Source: an uncultured Planctomycetaceae bacterium (lineage in GTDB: Bacteria; Planctomycetota; Planctomycetia; Planctomycetales; Planctomycetaceae). Taken from it: a stretch of 64,000 bases of DNA. Below are positions 1-9,442 of this stretch, one piece after another (positions within the stretch are counted from its first letter, which is position 1; every line of letters starts with the position of its first letter). The DNA lies in assembly GCA_903858815.1 (NCBI GenBank), contig CAIOKE010000157.1, positions 21,682 to 85,681 on the forward strand. Reading direction: 5' to 3'. Made by a program: the position numbers and the translations under genes. The notes beneath the pieces are model-generated. The model ran no database searches, was not told the DNA's origin, and saw only the letters and a list, made by a program, of their open reading frames with translations.

Positions 1-1070
1 CACGGATCCCAGTGCGGTGCACCCAAACCCGAAAACGCCGGCACCAGACACACGCCGCCGTTGTCAGGAACGGTCTGCGCCAGAGCCTCCACGTCGGCTG
101 AACGCCGGATAATCCCCAGTCCATCCCGCAGCCACTGCACCACTGCACCCGCCACAAAGACACTGCCCTCAAGAGCATACTCAGTACGATTCCCAATCCG
201 CCATGCAACCGTACTAAGCAGCGAACGAGTCGACGCCTTCGGGCGATTCCCCGTATTCATCAGCATGAAACAGCCCGTGCCATACGTATTCTTCACCATC
301 CCGGGCTTCAGACACAACTGACCGAATAATGCAGCCTGCTGGTCACCCGCAATCCCAGCCACCGGAATCGATCCGCCAAACAACTCTGACTTTGTCTGGC
401 CAAATACCTCACTCGAACTGCTGATTCGCGGCAGCACACTCACAGGAATCTTCAGCACCTTCAACAGCTCAGCATCCCATGTGCAGTCATGAATATTGCA
501 CAACATCGTGCGCGATGCATTCGTTACATCAGTCGCATGGACCGCACCACCAGTCAGCTTCCACAGCAGCCACGAATCAACCGTACCAAACGCCAGCCGT
601 CCAGCCTTCGCCAACTCCTTTGCACCAGCCACATTCTGCAGCAGCCAGGCAAGCTTCGTACCCGAAAAGTACGCATCAATCACCAGCCCCGTGCGATTGC
701 GGATCTCAGCGGCATAACGCCCGGCCGCCAGACGACGACACACCGCAGCCGTTCGGCGATCCTGCCAGACGATCGCATGATGAATCGGTTGGCCCGTCTG
801 CCGATCCCACAGAACCGTCGTCTCACGCTGATTCGTGATCCCGATCGCAGCTATGTCTGCAGCCTGCAAACCCGCTTTCCGGATCGCAGACTTCGCTGTG
901 GACAACTGAGTCTGCCAGATCTCATCCGCATCATGCTCGACCCAGCCGGGTTGCGGGAAATACTGCCGAAATTCCTTCTGCGACACCGCCAGAATCCGAC
1001 CACCCTGATCAAATACGATCGCTCGAGAACTGGTCGTACCCTGATCCAAAGCCAGAATTGCCTGAGCCAT
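1..1070 (-). CDS. glpK: glycerol kinase, N-terminal ~356 aa (3' end lies beyond the left window edge)
   Basis: Absent from the ORF track because it runs off the edge. My reverse-strand translation from ATG (complement of 1068-1070) reads [52 protein letters not shown]...[13 protein letters not shown]...[15 protein letters not shown]...[10 protein letters not shown]. These are typical FGGY-family glycerol kinase motifs. Confidence 0.92.
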   Translation of the reverse strand, partial: MAQAILALDQGTTSSRAIVFDQGGRILAVSQKEFRQYFPQPGWVEHDADEIWQTQLSTAKSAIRKAGLQAADIAAIGITNQRETTVLWDRQTGQPIHHAIVWQDRRTAAVCRRLAAGRYAAEIRNRTGLVIDAYFSGTKLAWLLQNVAGAKELAKAGRLAFGTVDSWLLWKLTGGAVHATDVTNASRTMLCNIHDCTWDAELLKVLKIPVSVLPRISSSSEVFGQTKSELFGGSIPVAGIAGDQQAALFGQLCLKPGMVKNTYGTGCFMLMNTGNRPKASTRSLLSTVAWRIGNRTEYALEGSVFVAGAVVQWLRDGLGIIRRSADVEALAQTVPDNGGVCLVPAFSGLGAPHWDP

Positions 1071-1160
1071 GAGCTGATCCCCCGCGTGTGCCGATTACCT
1101 TCCCGACTTCCCGCAGGCACAGCAAACTCAATCAGCCAGCAATTGTCAATGCAGCAGCCC

Positions 1161-1640
1161 TTAGCCCTCGACTGGCTCTGCGGCAGACTGCACACGCGTC
1201 GGCGGAGCCAGCGACTTCCAGTCAATCCGCGGAGCATCTGCCCAGAGCTGCTCAAGGTTGTACAACTGGCGACCTTCCGGAGTGAACACGTGGAGCACAA
1301 CGTCGCCGTAGTCCACCAGAATCCAGTTACCCTCGGTACGGTAACCCTCAATACTGACCCGCCGGTTGCCGTCCTCGTGCTTCAACTTCCGATTGACCTC
1401 GTCGGCAATCGCATGCATCTGACGTCCACTGGTCCCGGTCGCGATGATGAAAAAATCCACGATCGATGTGATGCCCGTCAGATCCAGCACAACGATGTTC
1501 TGACCACGCAGCTGATCTGCAATATGAGCCGCAATCACAGCATTCGACAGACTGGTCTGGTACAGCTGAGCCGAACGAGGAGCTGCAGAACCGCCGGAAG
1601 ACTGAGCAGCAATTGTGTCTGTAGGACGAGACGAAGTCAT
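1161..1640 (-). CDS. rsfS: ribosome silencing factor RsfS (iojap family)
   Basis: ORF 1161..1676 contains IAAHIADQLRGQNIVVLDLTGITSIVDFFIIATGTSGRQMHAIADEV...GYRTEGNWILVDYGDVVLHVFTPEGRQLYNLEQLW, the RsfS/iojap core. The likely start is the internal ATG (MTSSRPT) at 1640. Confidence 0.85.
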   Translation of the reverse strand: MTSSRPTDTIAAQSSGGSAAPRSAQLYQTSLSNAVIAAHIADQLRGQNIVVLDLTGITSIVDFFIIATGTSGRQMHAIADEVNRKLKHEDGNRRVSIEGYRTEGNWILVDYGDVVLHVFTPEGRQLYNLEQLWADAPRIDWKSLAPPTRVQSAAEPVEG

Positions 1641-1763
1641 CAGAATGGGTACCGAAATCTGGAACAGAAAATGCAAAACAAAAGTCTACGGCCCAGGACA
1701 CCCGCAGACAATCCGCGGGTTCGAGGTTCCCCTGAGTTTTCCCGGCAATTCGCGGAAAATCCG

Positions 1764-2951
1764 CTAATTCTGAGATTTTGCGGGTTGTGACGGCGTTTTC
1801 ACCGCCGAATCACCCGCCGCTTCCAACTGCTTATCGCCCGCATTCAGCAATCGAAAAGGATTTCCCTTGCCGTCCTCCGCAAGTCGACGATTACGCCAAC
1901 CCACCACCACGTCCGGCTGATCCGAAAAAATCCCGTCCACCCCCCCATCAACCGTCAGCCACTCCAGCAGCAGATCCACTTCCTTGACTCCCTCCGGCAG
2001 CGCATCGGCCCGCAGGGTCCACGCATGCACCTGTAAACCGTGCCGATGAGCCGTCTCTACGAGGGACGTAATCACCGGCCGACCCGCGGCTGTGACTGAC
2101 GACACCACAAGGTTCAATGTCACGCCAAGGCCATCACAGAACCCCGACACCTCACGCACGACAGCCTCGTCCGGCATCTTCGCCGTCAGCCAGATCAGCG
2201 GTAATCGACACTTCAATTCCATACGCAGCCGTCGCACTTCAGCCTGATCAAAACACTGCATGAATACCGGTGCTGCTGCGGAATCATAACCGGCTGCCGT
2301 CAACACCTTCAGAATCTCGGCCGAACTGTCCAGACCCGCCGCACGATGGCGAGCCGGATCCTTGACCTCAACATAGACGCCGGCTGTTCGCCCCAGCGAT
2401 TTATTAAGCCCCGCAATCAGCTCCAGATGCTCTGCCAGAGTCGCGATACGAAACCGACCAAGCTCGAGGGGAAAACGAGTCCCTGCCTGCTTCCACGCAC
2501 GATTCTCTGATCGTCGCTCAGTCAGATTCAGACGACGCAGCTCCTCCAGAGTCAAATCCATCACATACCAGCGACCATCCTCCCGAACTCGCTCCGGAAA
2601 GACCTGCGCCACGTCTGACACTTCATTCAGCGTCAGATCATGCAGCACAACCGGGATCCCATCCTTCGAAAGCACCACGTCCTGCTCAATGTAGTCCGCA
2701 CCCATAGAGTGCGCAAGTACAGCAGCTTCCGTCGTGTGCTCAGGCACGTAACCGGAAGCCCCTCGATGAGCAATCACAATCGGGGCCGCCACTGTCTGAT
2801 CAGCCACGACAACCCCCGCTGGTGCTGCATCGCTGACCTGACCCTGACAGACAGCGATCAGATTCCACGACCCCGCCACACCGACCAGCGCCAGCCACAG
2901 CAGGTCCCGCCAGATTCGATTCCTCTTCACAATCCACCCCCAGACAGTCAC
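1764..2951 (-). CDS. glpQ: glycerophosphodiester phosphodiesterase, secreted
   Basis: GDPD motifs IAHRGASGYVPEHT and EQDVVLSKDGIPVVLHD, plus an N-terminal hydrophobic signal (WLALVGVAGSWNLIAVCQG). The start is placed at the GTG that overlaps the upstream gene's TGA (GTGA). The longest ORF would reach 2996. Confidence 0.85.
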   Translation of the reverse strand: MTVWGWIVKRNRIWRDLLWLALVGVAGSWNLIAVCQGQVSDAAPAGVVVADQTVAAPIVIAHRGASGYVPEHTTEAAVLAHSMGADYIEQDVVLSKDGIPVVLHDLTLNEVSDVAQVFPERVREDGRWYVMDLTLEELRRLNLTERRSENRAWKQAGTRFPLELGRFRIATLAEHLELIAGLNKSLGRTAGVYVEVKDPARHRAAGLDSSAEILKVLTAAGYDSAAAPVFMQCFDQAEVRRLRMELKCRLPLIWLTAKMPDEAVVREVSGFCDGLGVTLNLVVSSVTAAGRPVITSLVETAHRHGLQVHAWTLRADALPEGVKEVDLLLEWLTVDGGVDGIFSDQPDVVVGWRNRRLAEDGKGNPFRLLNAGDKQLEAAGDSAVKTPSQPAKSQN

Positions 2952-3610
2952 GACTCGTCTGTCAGTTCCATCCGCGTCCAGATCGAAGGATTCCATGCCA
3001 GCGGAAAATCACCACCCACACTCATCGGCAACTGGCCCAGCTCTGTATCCTCAATCACCACATACAGACCCAGCGCCCTCGTTTCAGCAAGCTCGGCGAA
3101 ACCCGGCAGCTGACTGCCCGGAATCCAGACCGATAACTGATACCCATCACTCGACAACACCGTCTCCACACGACATCGCCGCGGATCCTGAGCAAGTTTC
3201 TGTGTTCGCTGCTGAGCAATCTCGATGAATCGCGCCGACGGCTGCTCGTCCTGATCATCGTCCAGAGGCAGTACGGTCAACAGACTACAGAACTCCGTCG
3301 CCCGCTGCACACCCGCAGTCGGCCGAGTATCCAGGAGGATCAGGACTCGATCCGACGATGCCGGTGAGCCCCAGCGACCAGCTGGTGGAATCTGCTTCTG
3401 GCGAACACGCACCTCAAACCCCAGACCCTCACTGTTCCATGCGGCTCGCAACGACCACGGTAATTCCGCCACATTCAGCTGCGCCGGCAACATCACAGAT
3501 GCCGACGGTGGCAGACGCAGCGGACTGCTTGCGCGACCCGGTAACTGGTCGATACGCACCATCGGCAGAGCATACTGGAACAGAAACGACGGAGGCACAA
3601 TCTGCGACAT
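2948..3610 (-). CDS. hypothetical protein (220 aa), stop overlaps the glpQ start
   Basis: Clean ATG-initiated ORF in the same orientation as its neighbours, with a 4-nt GTGA stop/start overlap with glpQ. I recognise no motif. Confidence 0.55.
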   Translation of the reverse strand: MSQIVPPSFLFQYALPMVRIDQLPGRASSPLRLPPSASVMLPAQLNVAELPWSLRAAWNSEGLGFEVRVRQKQIPPAGRWGSPASSDRVLILLDTRPTAGVQRATEFCSLLTVLPLDDDQDEQPSARFIEIAQQRTQKLAQDPRRCRVETVLSSDGYQLSVWIPGSQLPGFAELAETRALGLYVVIEDTELGQLPMSVGGDFPLAWNPSIWTRMELTDES

Positions 3611-3665
3611 CAGAATTCTCCGGCAGAAGCCCCACAGTCAGACTTAACAGATACCCAGCCGCCGC

Positions 3666-4610
3666 TCACGTCGCATTCTGCAGTAACTGGCGGTACCACT
3701 CAACCGTCCGCCGCAATCCCTCCACCAAAGGCACCTGAGGTTCCCAGTTCAGGTACTGCTTCGCTCGACTGATGTCCGGACAGCGTTTCCGCGGATCATC
3801 CTGAGGCAGCGGATGATGCACGATCCGCGATCGACTGCCTCCCACCGCCCCCAGGACAGCCTCCGCCAGCTCCAGCATCGTGTTCTCAACCGGATTGCCC
3901 ACATTGATCGGACCCTGCTGCTGATCCTGGTCCATCAGCCGCAACATCCCCTCAATCAGGTCATCCACATAACAGAAGGATCGCGTCTGAGTCCCATCGC
4001 CATAGACAGTCAGATCGTGCCCCTGCAAAGCCTGCAGAATGAAGTTCGACACCACACGACCGTCATCCGGAGCCATCCGCGGACCATACGTATTGAAAAT
4101 TCGAATGATCCGAATCTCGGTGCCATGCGTCTGGTGGTAGTTCATCATCAGCGACTCAGCGATCCGCTTGCCCTCGTCATAACAGCTGCGCGGACCCACC
4201 GGATTCACATGGCCCCAGTAGTCTTCATGCTGCGGATGAATCTCAGGATCACCATAAACTTCTGACGTCGATGCATGCAGGATCCTGGCACCACAGCGTC
4301 GAGCCAGACCCATCATATTCACCATCCCCACCGTCGATGTCTTGATCGTCTTGATCGGGTTGAACTGATAGGCCTGCGGAGATGCTGGACACGCCAGATT
4401 GAAAATTCGCTCAGCCTCCACATACAACGGCTGCACAATATCGTGACGAATCAGCTCAAAACGCGGATGACCCAGCAAATGCCCGACGTTCTTACGCGAT
4501 CCCGTGAAGAAGTTGTCCACACAGATCACGTCATCACCCCGCGCAATCAGACGATCACACAGGTGGCTGCCCAGAAAACCTGCTCCGCCAGTCACCAGCA
4601 CAACAGTCAT
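3666..4610 (-). CDS. UDP-glucuronate decarboxylase (UDP-xylose synthase), SDR family
   Basis: [21 protein letters not shown]...[14 protein letters not shown]...YDEGKR...NTYGPRM. This is the Rossmann GxxGxxG plus YxxxK pattern and the overall UXS-like sequence. The ATG at 4610 is preferred over the GTG at 4613. Confidence 0.85.
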   Translation of the reverse strand: MTVVLVTGGAGFLGSHLCDRLIARGDDVICVDNFFTGSRKNVGHLLGHPRFELIRHDIVQPLYVEAERIFNLACPASPQAYQFNPIKTIKTSTVGMVNMMGLARRCGARILHASTSEVYGDPEIHPQHEDYWGHVNPVGPRSCYDEGKRIAESLMMNYHQTHGTEIRIIRIFNTYGPRMAPDDGRVVSNFILQALQGHDLTVYGDGTQTRSFCYVDDLIEGMLRLMDQDQQQGPINVGNPVENTMLELAEAVLGAVGGSRSRIVHHPLPQDDPRKRCPDISRAKQYLNWEPQVPLVEGLRRTVEWYRQLLQNAT

Positions 4611-4635
4611 CACTGCCCCCTTTGCACGAACCAGT

Positions 4636-6210
4636 TCAGGTCGTCCCGGGAATCCGCGACAGTGTCCCGCTCAGACGACGATCGACCTTCTCACGCCCCA
4701 GCAGCTCCAGAGTTCTGAACAGATCGGCACCCTGCACCCGACCACTGATACACAACCGTAACGCCGGAAACAGATCACCCGGCTTCAGGCCCCGCTGCTG
4801 CAGGATCCCCTGCAACGCATCATGTAACGGACCTGCACTGTATTCCGGCAGGCCAACCAGGAGCTGCTGCACCTGGCGCAGCAATTCCACAGCCCCCGTC
4901 GCATTCAACACTCGCTTCTCAAAATTCTTCTGATCCATCTGCACTGCGTCATCAGCAACAAAGAACTCGTCCACCGAGAAAATATCTCCGTAGACACGCA
5001 GACGGTCGCCCGCCAGATCAATCACTTTCGCCACATACTGCCGCACCTCAGGATCAGCCGCATCGGCAATCAAACCCGCACGCTGCAGCCACTGCAGACA
5101 CCCCTCAAGCTTTTCATCCACTGACAACTGATGCATCCAGTGCGACTGAAAACTGATCAGCTTGTCCGGGTCCAGCCCCGCAGGACTGCGAATCACTCGC
5201 TCCAGCGAAAACTTCGTGATCATCTCTTCCAGTGACAGAATCTCAGTCTGGTCATCGTAGGACCAGCCAATCCGCACCAGTGCGTTCAGAACCCCGGCCG
5301 GAATGAATCCAACCTGCTGAGAGTAGGCCACCATGACGGGCGACAAAGCATCCGCTGCCGCGTCCACGCCCAGTCGCCCCAGCACCGCATCGCCCAGCTC
5401 AAACAACTTCTGAAACTGCGGATTTTTGCGATACTGAGCAATCTTCCGTTTACTGATTTTTTCCTTGCTGCCCGGAGCTGCCACGTAGGGAATATGGGCC
5501 CATTCGGGAGTGTTATTCCCGAGTGCACGATGCAGCAGCACCTGAATCGGAGTATTCGACAGATGCTCTTCTGCCCGAATCACATGAGTAATTTCCATGG
5601 CAGCGTCATCCACCACCGTGGCAAAGTTGTACAACGGCGAACCGTCGCTGCGAGCAATCACAGGGTCGGGCATCAGACTGCAGTCCCACTCCACCCGACC
5701 ACGCACATGATCGTCGATCACCACGCGGTCCTCACGCGGGACTTTCAGACGAATCACACAGGGCTGGCCCGCAGCCAGCTGCTGCTGAATCTGTTCAGCT
5801 GTCAGCAAGAGCGACTGACGGCTGCTGACATACACCCGCTTCTGCTGCTCAGCCTCTTCACGCTGCCGCTGAGTTTCTGCAGCAGGTTCGAAATCCCGAT
5901 ACGCATGACCATCCGCCAGCAGACGCTGCAGCGCCGCATCATACAGATGACGACGCTGAGACTGGAAACATGGTCCATTCGGCCCCGGACGATCAGGACC
6001 CTCATCCCAGTCCAGACCCAGCCAGCGAAACGCCTGCAGAATCGGCCCCAAAGCCTCATCCATGTTGCGCTGCTGATCCGTGTCATCAATCCGCAGAATA
6101 AATGTGCCCCGATTACGACGCGCCCACAGCCAGTTGAATAACGCTGTACGCATCCCCCCAATGTGCATGTAACCGGTCGGGCTGGGAGCAAACCGAGTTC
6201 TGACAGCCAT
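4636..6210 (-). CDS. gltX: glutamate--tRNA ligase
   Basis: [32 protein letters not shown] (HIGH-type motif) and KISKRK (KMSKS-type motif). The start is set at the ATG at 6210; the longest ORF extends to 6303. Confidence 0.93.
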   Translation of the reverse strand: MAVRTRFAPSPTGYMHIGGMRTALFNWLWARRNRGTFILRIDDTDQQRNMDEALGPILQAFRWLGLDWDEGPDRPGPNGPCFQSQRRHLYDAALQRLLADGHAYRDFEPAAETQRQREEAEQQKRVYVSSRQSLLLTAEQIQQQLAAGQPCVIRLKVPREDRVVIDDHVRGRVEWDCSLMPDPVIARSDGSPLYNFATVVDDAAMEITHVIRAEEHLSNTPIQVLLHRALGNNTPEWAHIPYVAAPGSKEKISKRKIAQYRKNPQFQKLFELGDAVLGRLGVDAAADALSPVMVAYSQQVGFIPAGVLNALVRIGWSYDDQTEILSLEEMITKFSLERVIRSPAGLDPDKLISFQSHWMHQLSVDEKLEGCLQWLQRAGLIADAADPEVRQYVAKVIDLAGDRLRVYGDIFSVDEFFVADDAVQMDQKNFEKRVLNATGAVELLRQVQQLLVGLPEYSAGPLHDALQGILQQRGLKPGDLFPALRLCISGRVQGADLFRTLELLGREKVDRRLSGTLSRIPGTT

Positions 6211-6223
6211 GAAAACTTCCTGT

Positions 6224-7450
6224 TCAGCCAATTCGCACTCGACAGTACTTCCGACGCCCAGCCCAGACCAGCAGCCCGTCGCTGACCGATACCTGCATAT
6301 CATGGCTGGTCAGCGGAACCTTCTGTTCGCCGATGCGAGCACCACCACCTTCAATCAACCGCCGAGCCTCGCTGTTGCTGGAACACAAACCCAGCGCAGT
6401 CAGCAGACGCACCGCGGTCAGCGAACCACTCGACAGAAGACCGGCCTCCAGCACCACGTCCGGAATGTCCGACGGCAATGCCTCGCCACCAATCTCCGCC
6501 TGCCAGCGCTGCCCAGCAGCCGCAGCTGCCTCGGCCGAGTGATACTGAGAAATCACGTTCGTCGCCAACGCGACCTTCGCTTCCTTCAGATGTCCCGCCA
6601 GCAGACGGTCAACCTCCTCCATCGGCAGCTCTGTCAGCAGCTCAAAATACATCCGCATCACACCGTCCGGAAGCTGCATGAATTTCTTCATCATCTCATA
6701 CGCAGGCTCGCTGATCCCAATGTAGTTCCCCAGACTCTTGCCCATCCGACGGACACCGTCCAGACCCACCAGAATCGGAGACATCACGGCAATCTGCTGC
6801 GACAGACCCTGCTGAGCCTGCAGATCACGAGCCAGCATGAAACTGTAGAGCTGCTCAGTGCCGCCCAACTCAACATCCGCGCGAATCTCAACACTGTCCC
6901 ACGCCTGCATCACAGGATACAGACACTCATGCAGAAAGATCGCACGCTCTTCACGATATCGCTTCGCAAAGTCCTCACGCGTCAGTAACTGAGCCACCGT
7001 GACACGGCCACACAGACTGAGAACATCCGCAAAAGTCATACGACCAAACCAGTCGCCGTTCCGATGCACTTCAGCCCGCGACATGTCTACCACCTTGCCC
7101 ACCTGAGCAAGATAGTCGCGAGCGTTGTTTTCCACCTCGTCCGCCGTCAGACGACGACTGCGAGCCTCGTCACGACCGCTGGGATCACCAACCAGTGCCG
7201 TGTAGTTGCCAATGATGATCACCGCCTGATGACCCAGCTCCTGGAACTGACGAATCTTCCGCAACGGAACCGTATGCCCCAGATGCACGTCAATGCCGGT
7301 CGGATCAATCCCGTACTTCACCCGCAGGGGAGTTCCCGTGTCACGGCTGTTCTGCAGCTTCTTCCGTAACTCGTCCTGTGGGACGACCTTCTCGATTCCA
7401 CGAGTAATAACTCGCAGCTGTTCCTCAACCGGTGGAAAAGCAGATGCCAT
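6224..7450 (-). CDS. tyrS: tyrosine--tRNA ligase
   Basis: YGIDPTGIDVHLGHTVPLRKIRQFQELGHQAVIIIGNYTALVGDPSGRD and RMGKSLGN (KMSKS-like), with a C-terminal S4-like domain. The start is set at the ATG at 7450 (MASAFPPVEEQL); the longest ORF extends to 7609. Confidence 0.93.
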   Translation of the reverse strand: MASAFPPVEEQLRVITRGIEKVVPQDELRKKLQNSRDTGTPLRVKYGIDPTGIDVHLGHTVPLRKIRQFQELGHQAVIIIGNYTALVGDPSGRDEARSRRLTADEVENNARDYLAQVGKVVDMSRAEVHRNGDWFGRMTFADVLSLCGRVTVAQLLTREDFAKRYREERAIFLHECLYPVMQAWDSVEIRADVELGGTEQLYSFMLARDLQAQQGLSQQIAVMSPILVGLDGVRRMGKSLGNYIGISEPAYEMMKKFMQLPDGVMRMYFELLTELPMEEVDRLLAGHLKEAKVALATNVISQYHSAEAAAAAGQRWQAEIGGEALPSDIPDVVLEAGLLSSGSLTAVRLLTALGLCSSNSEARRLIEGGGARIGEQKVPLTSHDMQVSVSDGLLVWAGRRKYCRVRIG

Positions 7451-7746
7451 GTGCCTGAATACCGTTCTGAAGCCCGCCCGAATGACTGTTCTGAGGAAAA
7501 CCAATCCCCCCAAAGCATAGCAGATGGCCAGCGCCAAAGGGGCAGAATTCAACAAGCACTCAAGGATTTTACTGAGGCCCGGGAACAGGTCGCCCAACCA
7601 CCACCGCAATCACGCCAAAAACACTGAACAAAACAGCAAAAGAAACGCCAGGGTGCATGGCACCTGAAGCCACAAAGAAAATCCACAATTGCACTTGTGA
7701 ATTCAATTCGCAGATTCCACGGTACTGTACAGACCATCCGCCCGGC

Positions 7747-8991
7747 TCACTGTTCCGCCCGCACATCCAGACAGATCACATGCTGATCGTCTCGCACATA
7801 CAACCGACCTGCAGACAGGGCAGGGGCCTGGCGAGTCGTCTCCAGCACCACCGATCGCCCCAGTTCACGGAAGCTCTCCGGACTCGCCTCTACCAGCACC
7901 AGCTCCCCCTTCATCGTGGTCATCCACAAACGACCGTCAGCCAGAATCAGGTTGCTCTTCCCAAAACGCGGCTTCTGCCAAACCGTTTTCCTGTCCGACA
8001 AACGGATGCAGACAAGGTTTGTGATCGGTCCCGCACTGCCACTGTTATCCAGCCCGTACAGATAACCATCCAGCACCACCGGCGTCTGCCATTCCGCCCT
8101 GAGCTGACTGTCTTTACCGAGCGATGACCAGACCTCCTTCACACTCAGACCATCAGCCGAGGCTGCCACCTGCAGAATAACGGCCCCATGATTCTCACCC
8201 GCAGAAATCAGCACCTCGTTGTCGCCCACCTGAATCGGACAGGCCGTATTACAGTCGTACTCCGTCGGAAACGGAAACTGCCACAGCTCGGCACCCGTCT
8301 GCGGATCAAGACCGCCCGCTCCAGCCGCATCAAAAACCACCACCTGAGCAACCCCGGCCAGCTTCATCAGGACCGGAGATGCATAACCTGATCGTCCTCC
8401 GCGAGCTTTCCATGCCGGTTTGCCCGTTCGACACTGCAGAGCCACAGCCCCGGCGGAATCCGACCCCGCCTGCACAATCACCAGATCGCCCACAACCAGA
8501 GGAGAGCAGGACACGCCATATTCCGCAGCAGCACCACCGAATTCCTGTGGCACATCCACTTTCCACAACAACTTGCCACTGGCAGCGTCCAGACCCGCCA
8601 GCAAACCTTCACCCGTCATCACAAACACTCGCCCGTCTGCAACAGCAGGTGTTGTCCGCGGACCATTCCCCATACCATTCTCAAAAGCCGGGGCCAGCGC
8701 CGTCTTCCACAGCACCCGACCATCGTCCGTACCAAGAGCCACCGCGTACTGCTGAGTGTCATCCTGGAACAGCGTCAACGCCTGACTGCCCACTACCGCA
8801 AGCCCCGACATACTGGTGCCCAGCGGCGTCTTCCAGAGCACCTTCGGACCAGTCGCCGGAAAGCTCTTCAACAGCCCCGTTTCCGCCGAAGTTCCAGTCC
8901 GATTCAGCCCCAGAAACTGCGGCCAGTCAGAAGCATCCGCAAGGCCAGATAAACAGAGGCTGAAAACCAATGCGTTTCGCCAGATCGTCAT
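7747..8991 (-). CDS. secreted PQQ-like (BamB/YVTN-type) beta-propeller repeat protein
   Basis: Signal peptide MTIWRNALVFSLCLSGLADA followed by DWPQFLGLNRTG and repeated ...G.V....dG.l.ald..tGk.lW blades. The start is set at the ATG at 8991. Confidence 0.75.
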   Translation of the reverse strand: MTIWRNALVFSLCLSGLADASDWPQFLGLNRTGTSAETGLLKSFPATGPKVLWKTPLGTSMSGLAVVGSQALTLFQDDTQQYAVALGTDDGRVLWKTALAPAFENGMGNGPRTTPAVADGRVFVMTGEGLLAGLDAASGKLLWKVDVPQEFGGAAAEYGVSCSPLVVGDLVIVQAGSDSAGAVALQCRTGKPAWKARGGRSGYASPVLMKLAGVAQVVVFDAAGAGGLDPQTGAELWQFPFPTEYDCNTACPIQVGDNEVLISAGENHGAVILQVAASADGLSVKEVWSSLGKDSQLRAEWQTPVVLDGYLYGLDNSGSAGPITNLVCIRLSDRKTVWQKPRFGKSNLILADGRLWMTTMKGELVLVEASPESFRELGRSVVLETTRQAPALSAGRLYVRDDQHVICLDVRAEQ

Positions 8992-9442
8992 TTGCCATAT
9001 CTCCGCCTGCTGTATTTCAGATTCCGGAACCATCCCGACCAGCCAGGGATGACGCGAGTGACAAAATGTGCCCGAGCATTTCTGCTCGGCCCCAGCCCTC
9101 AAAAAACACCGGGGATTTTAAGGGTGACGAGAAGTTCGTACCCGGGCTGAAGCCCAGACTACGTCTATCGTCCCTCGCGTCATCGACGGCCTCTGACGAC
9201 AGAAAACCAGTCGTTTTCAATGAGAAATATATCGACACGGTTGTCAGCCGACCAGACCAACACGGCCGGCCGGCACGCGTCGACTGCCCGACACAACGCC
9301 ACACCCCCTGCAAGCCTTGCACGGAATTCACACGCAAACCGGATTCTGATACACTCGATCGCAGCGATCCGGTCCCCGCAGATGCTATTTCCCGCGTCCG
9401 GGTCGCCCGCTCCGTCAGATCGAAATCCAGGAGAGTTCCTCA

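Noticed and set aside
1705-1730. tRNA-like T-loop (GGTTCGAGG) and, more generally, a scan for tRNA, rRNA, tmRNA, RNase P and SRP RNA signatures in all intergenic gaps.
   Set aside because: The flanks give no cloverleaf with acceptor and anticodon stems. I did not see GGTTCGAATCC-type T-arms, the GAGGAAAGTCC (RNase P) box, the SRP-RNA GGAAGCAGCC-type box or a tmRNA 5' end anywhere. By-eye scanning is insensitive, so tRNAscan-SE/Infernal should confirm this.
489-1790. 433-aa plus-strand ORF spanning the first 1.8 kb.
   Set aside because: It overlaps, in antisense, both the clearly recognisable glpK (unlisted because it runs off the edge) and rsfS. Its composition is Arg/Pro/Thr-rich nonsense.
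6211-6303. N-terminal extensions implied by the longest-ORF coordinates. Affected genes are gltX to 6303, tyrS to 7609, trpS to 24225, ffh from 47911, M42 peptidase from 33657, xseA from 35909, the propeller to 9102 and the protease to 55435.
   Set aside because: The conserved family N-termini begin at internal ATG/GTG codons, several with SD-like sequences. The extensions are low-complexity, overlap neighbouring genes or intergenic signals, and lack homology-like motifs.
7657-7672. Sigma-54 promoter suggested by the TGGCAC motif. Similar motifs occur at 46839-46854, at about 58935 (TGGCAAATTCAGGCATG) and at 28356 (TGGCAAATATTGCC).
   Set aside because: In each case the -12 element is missing or the GG-to-GC spacing is off by 1-2 nt relative to TGGCAC-N5-TTGCA. 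No sigma-54 activator gene is nearby.
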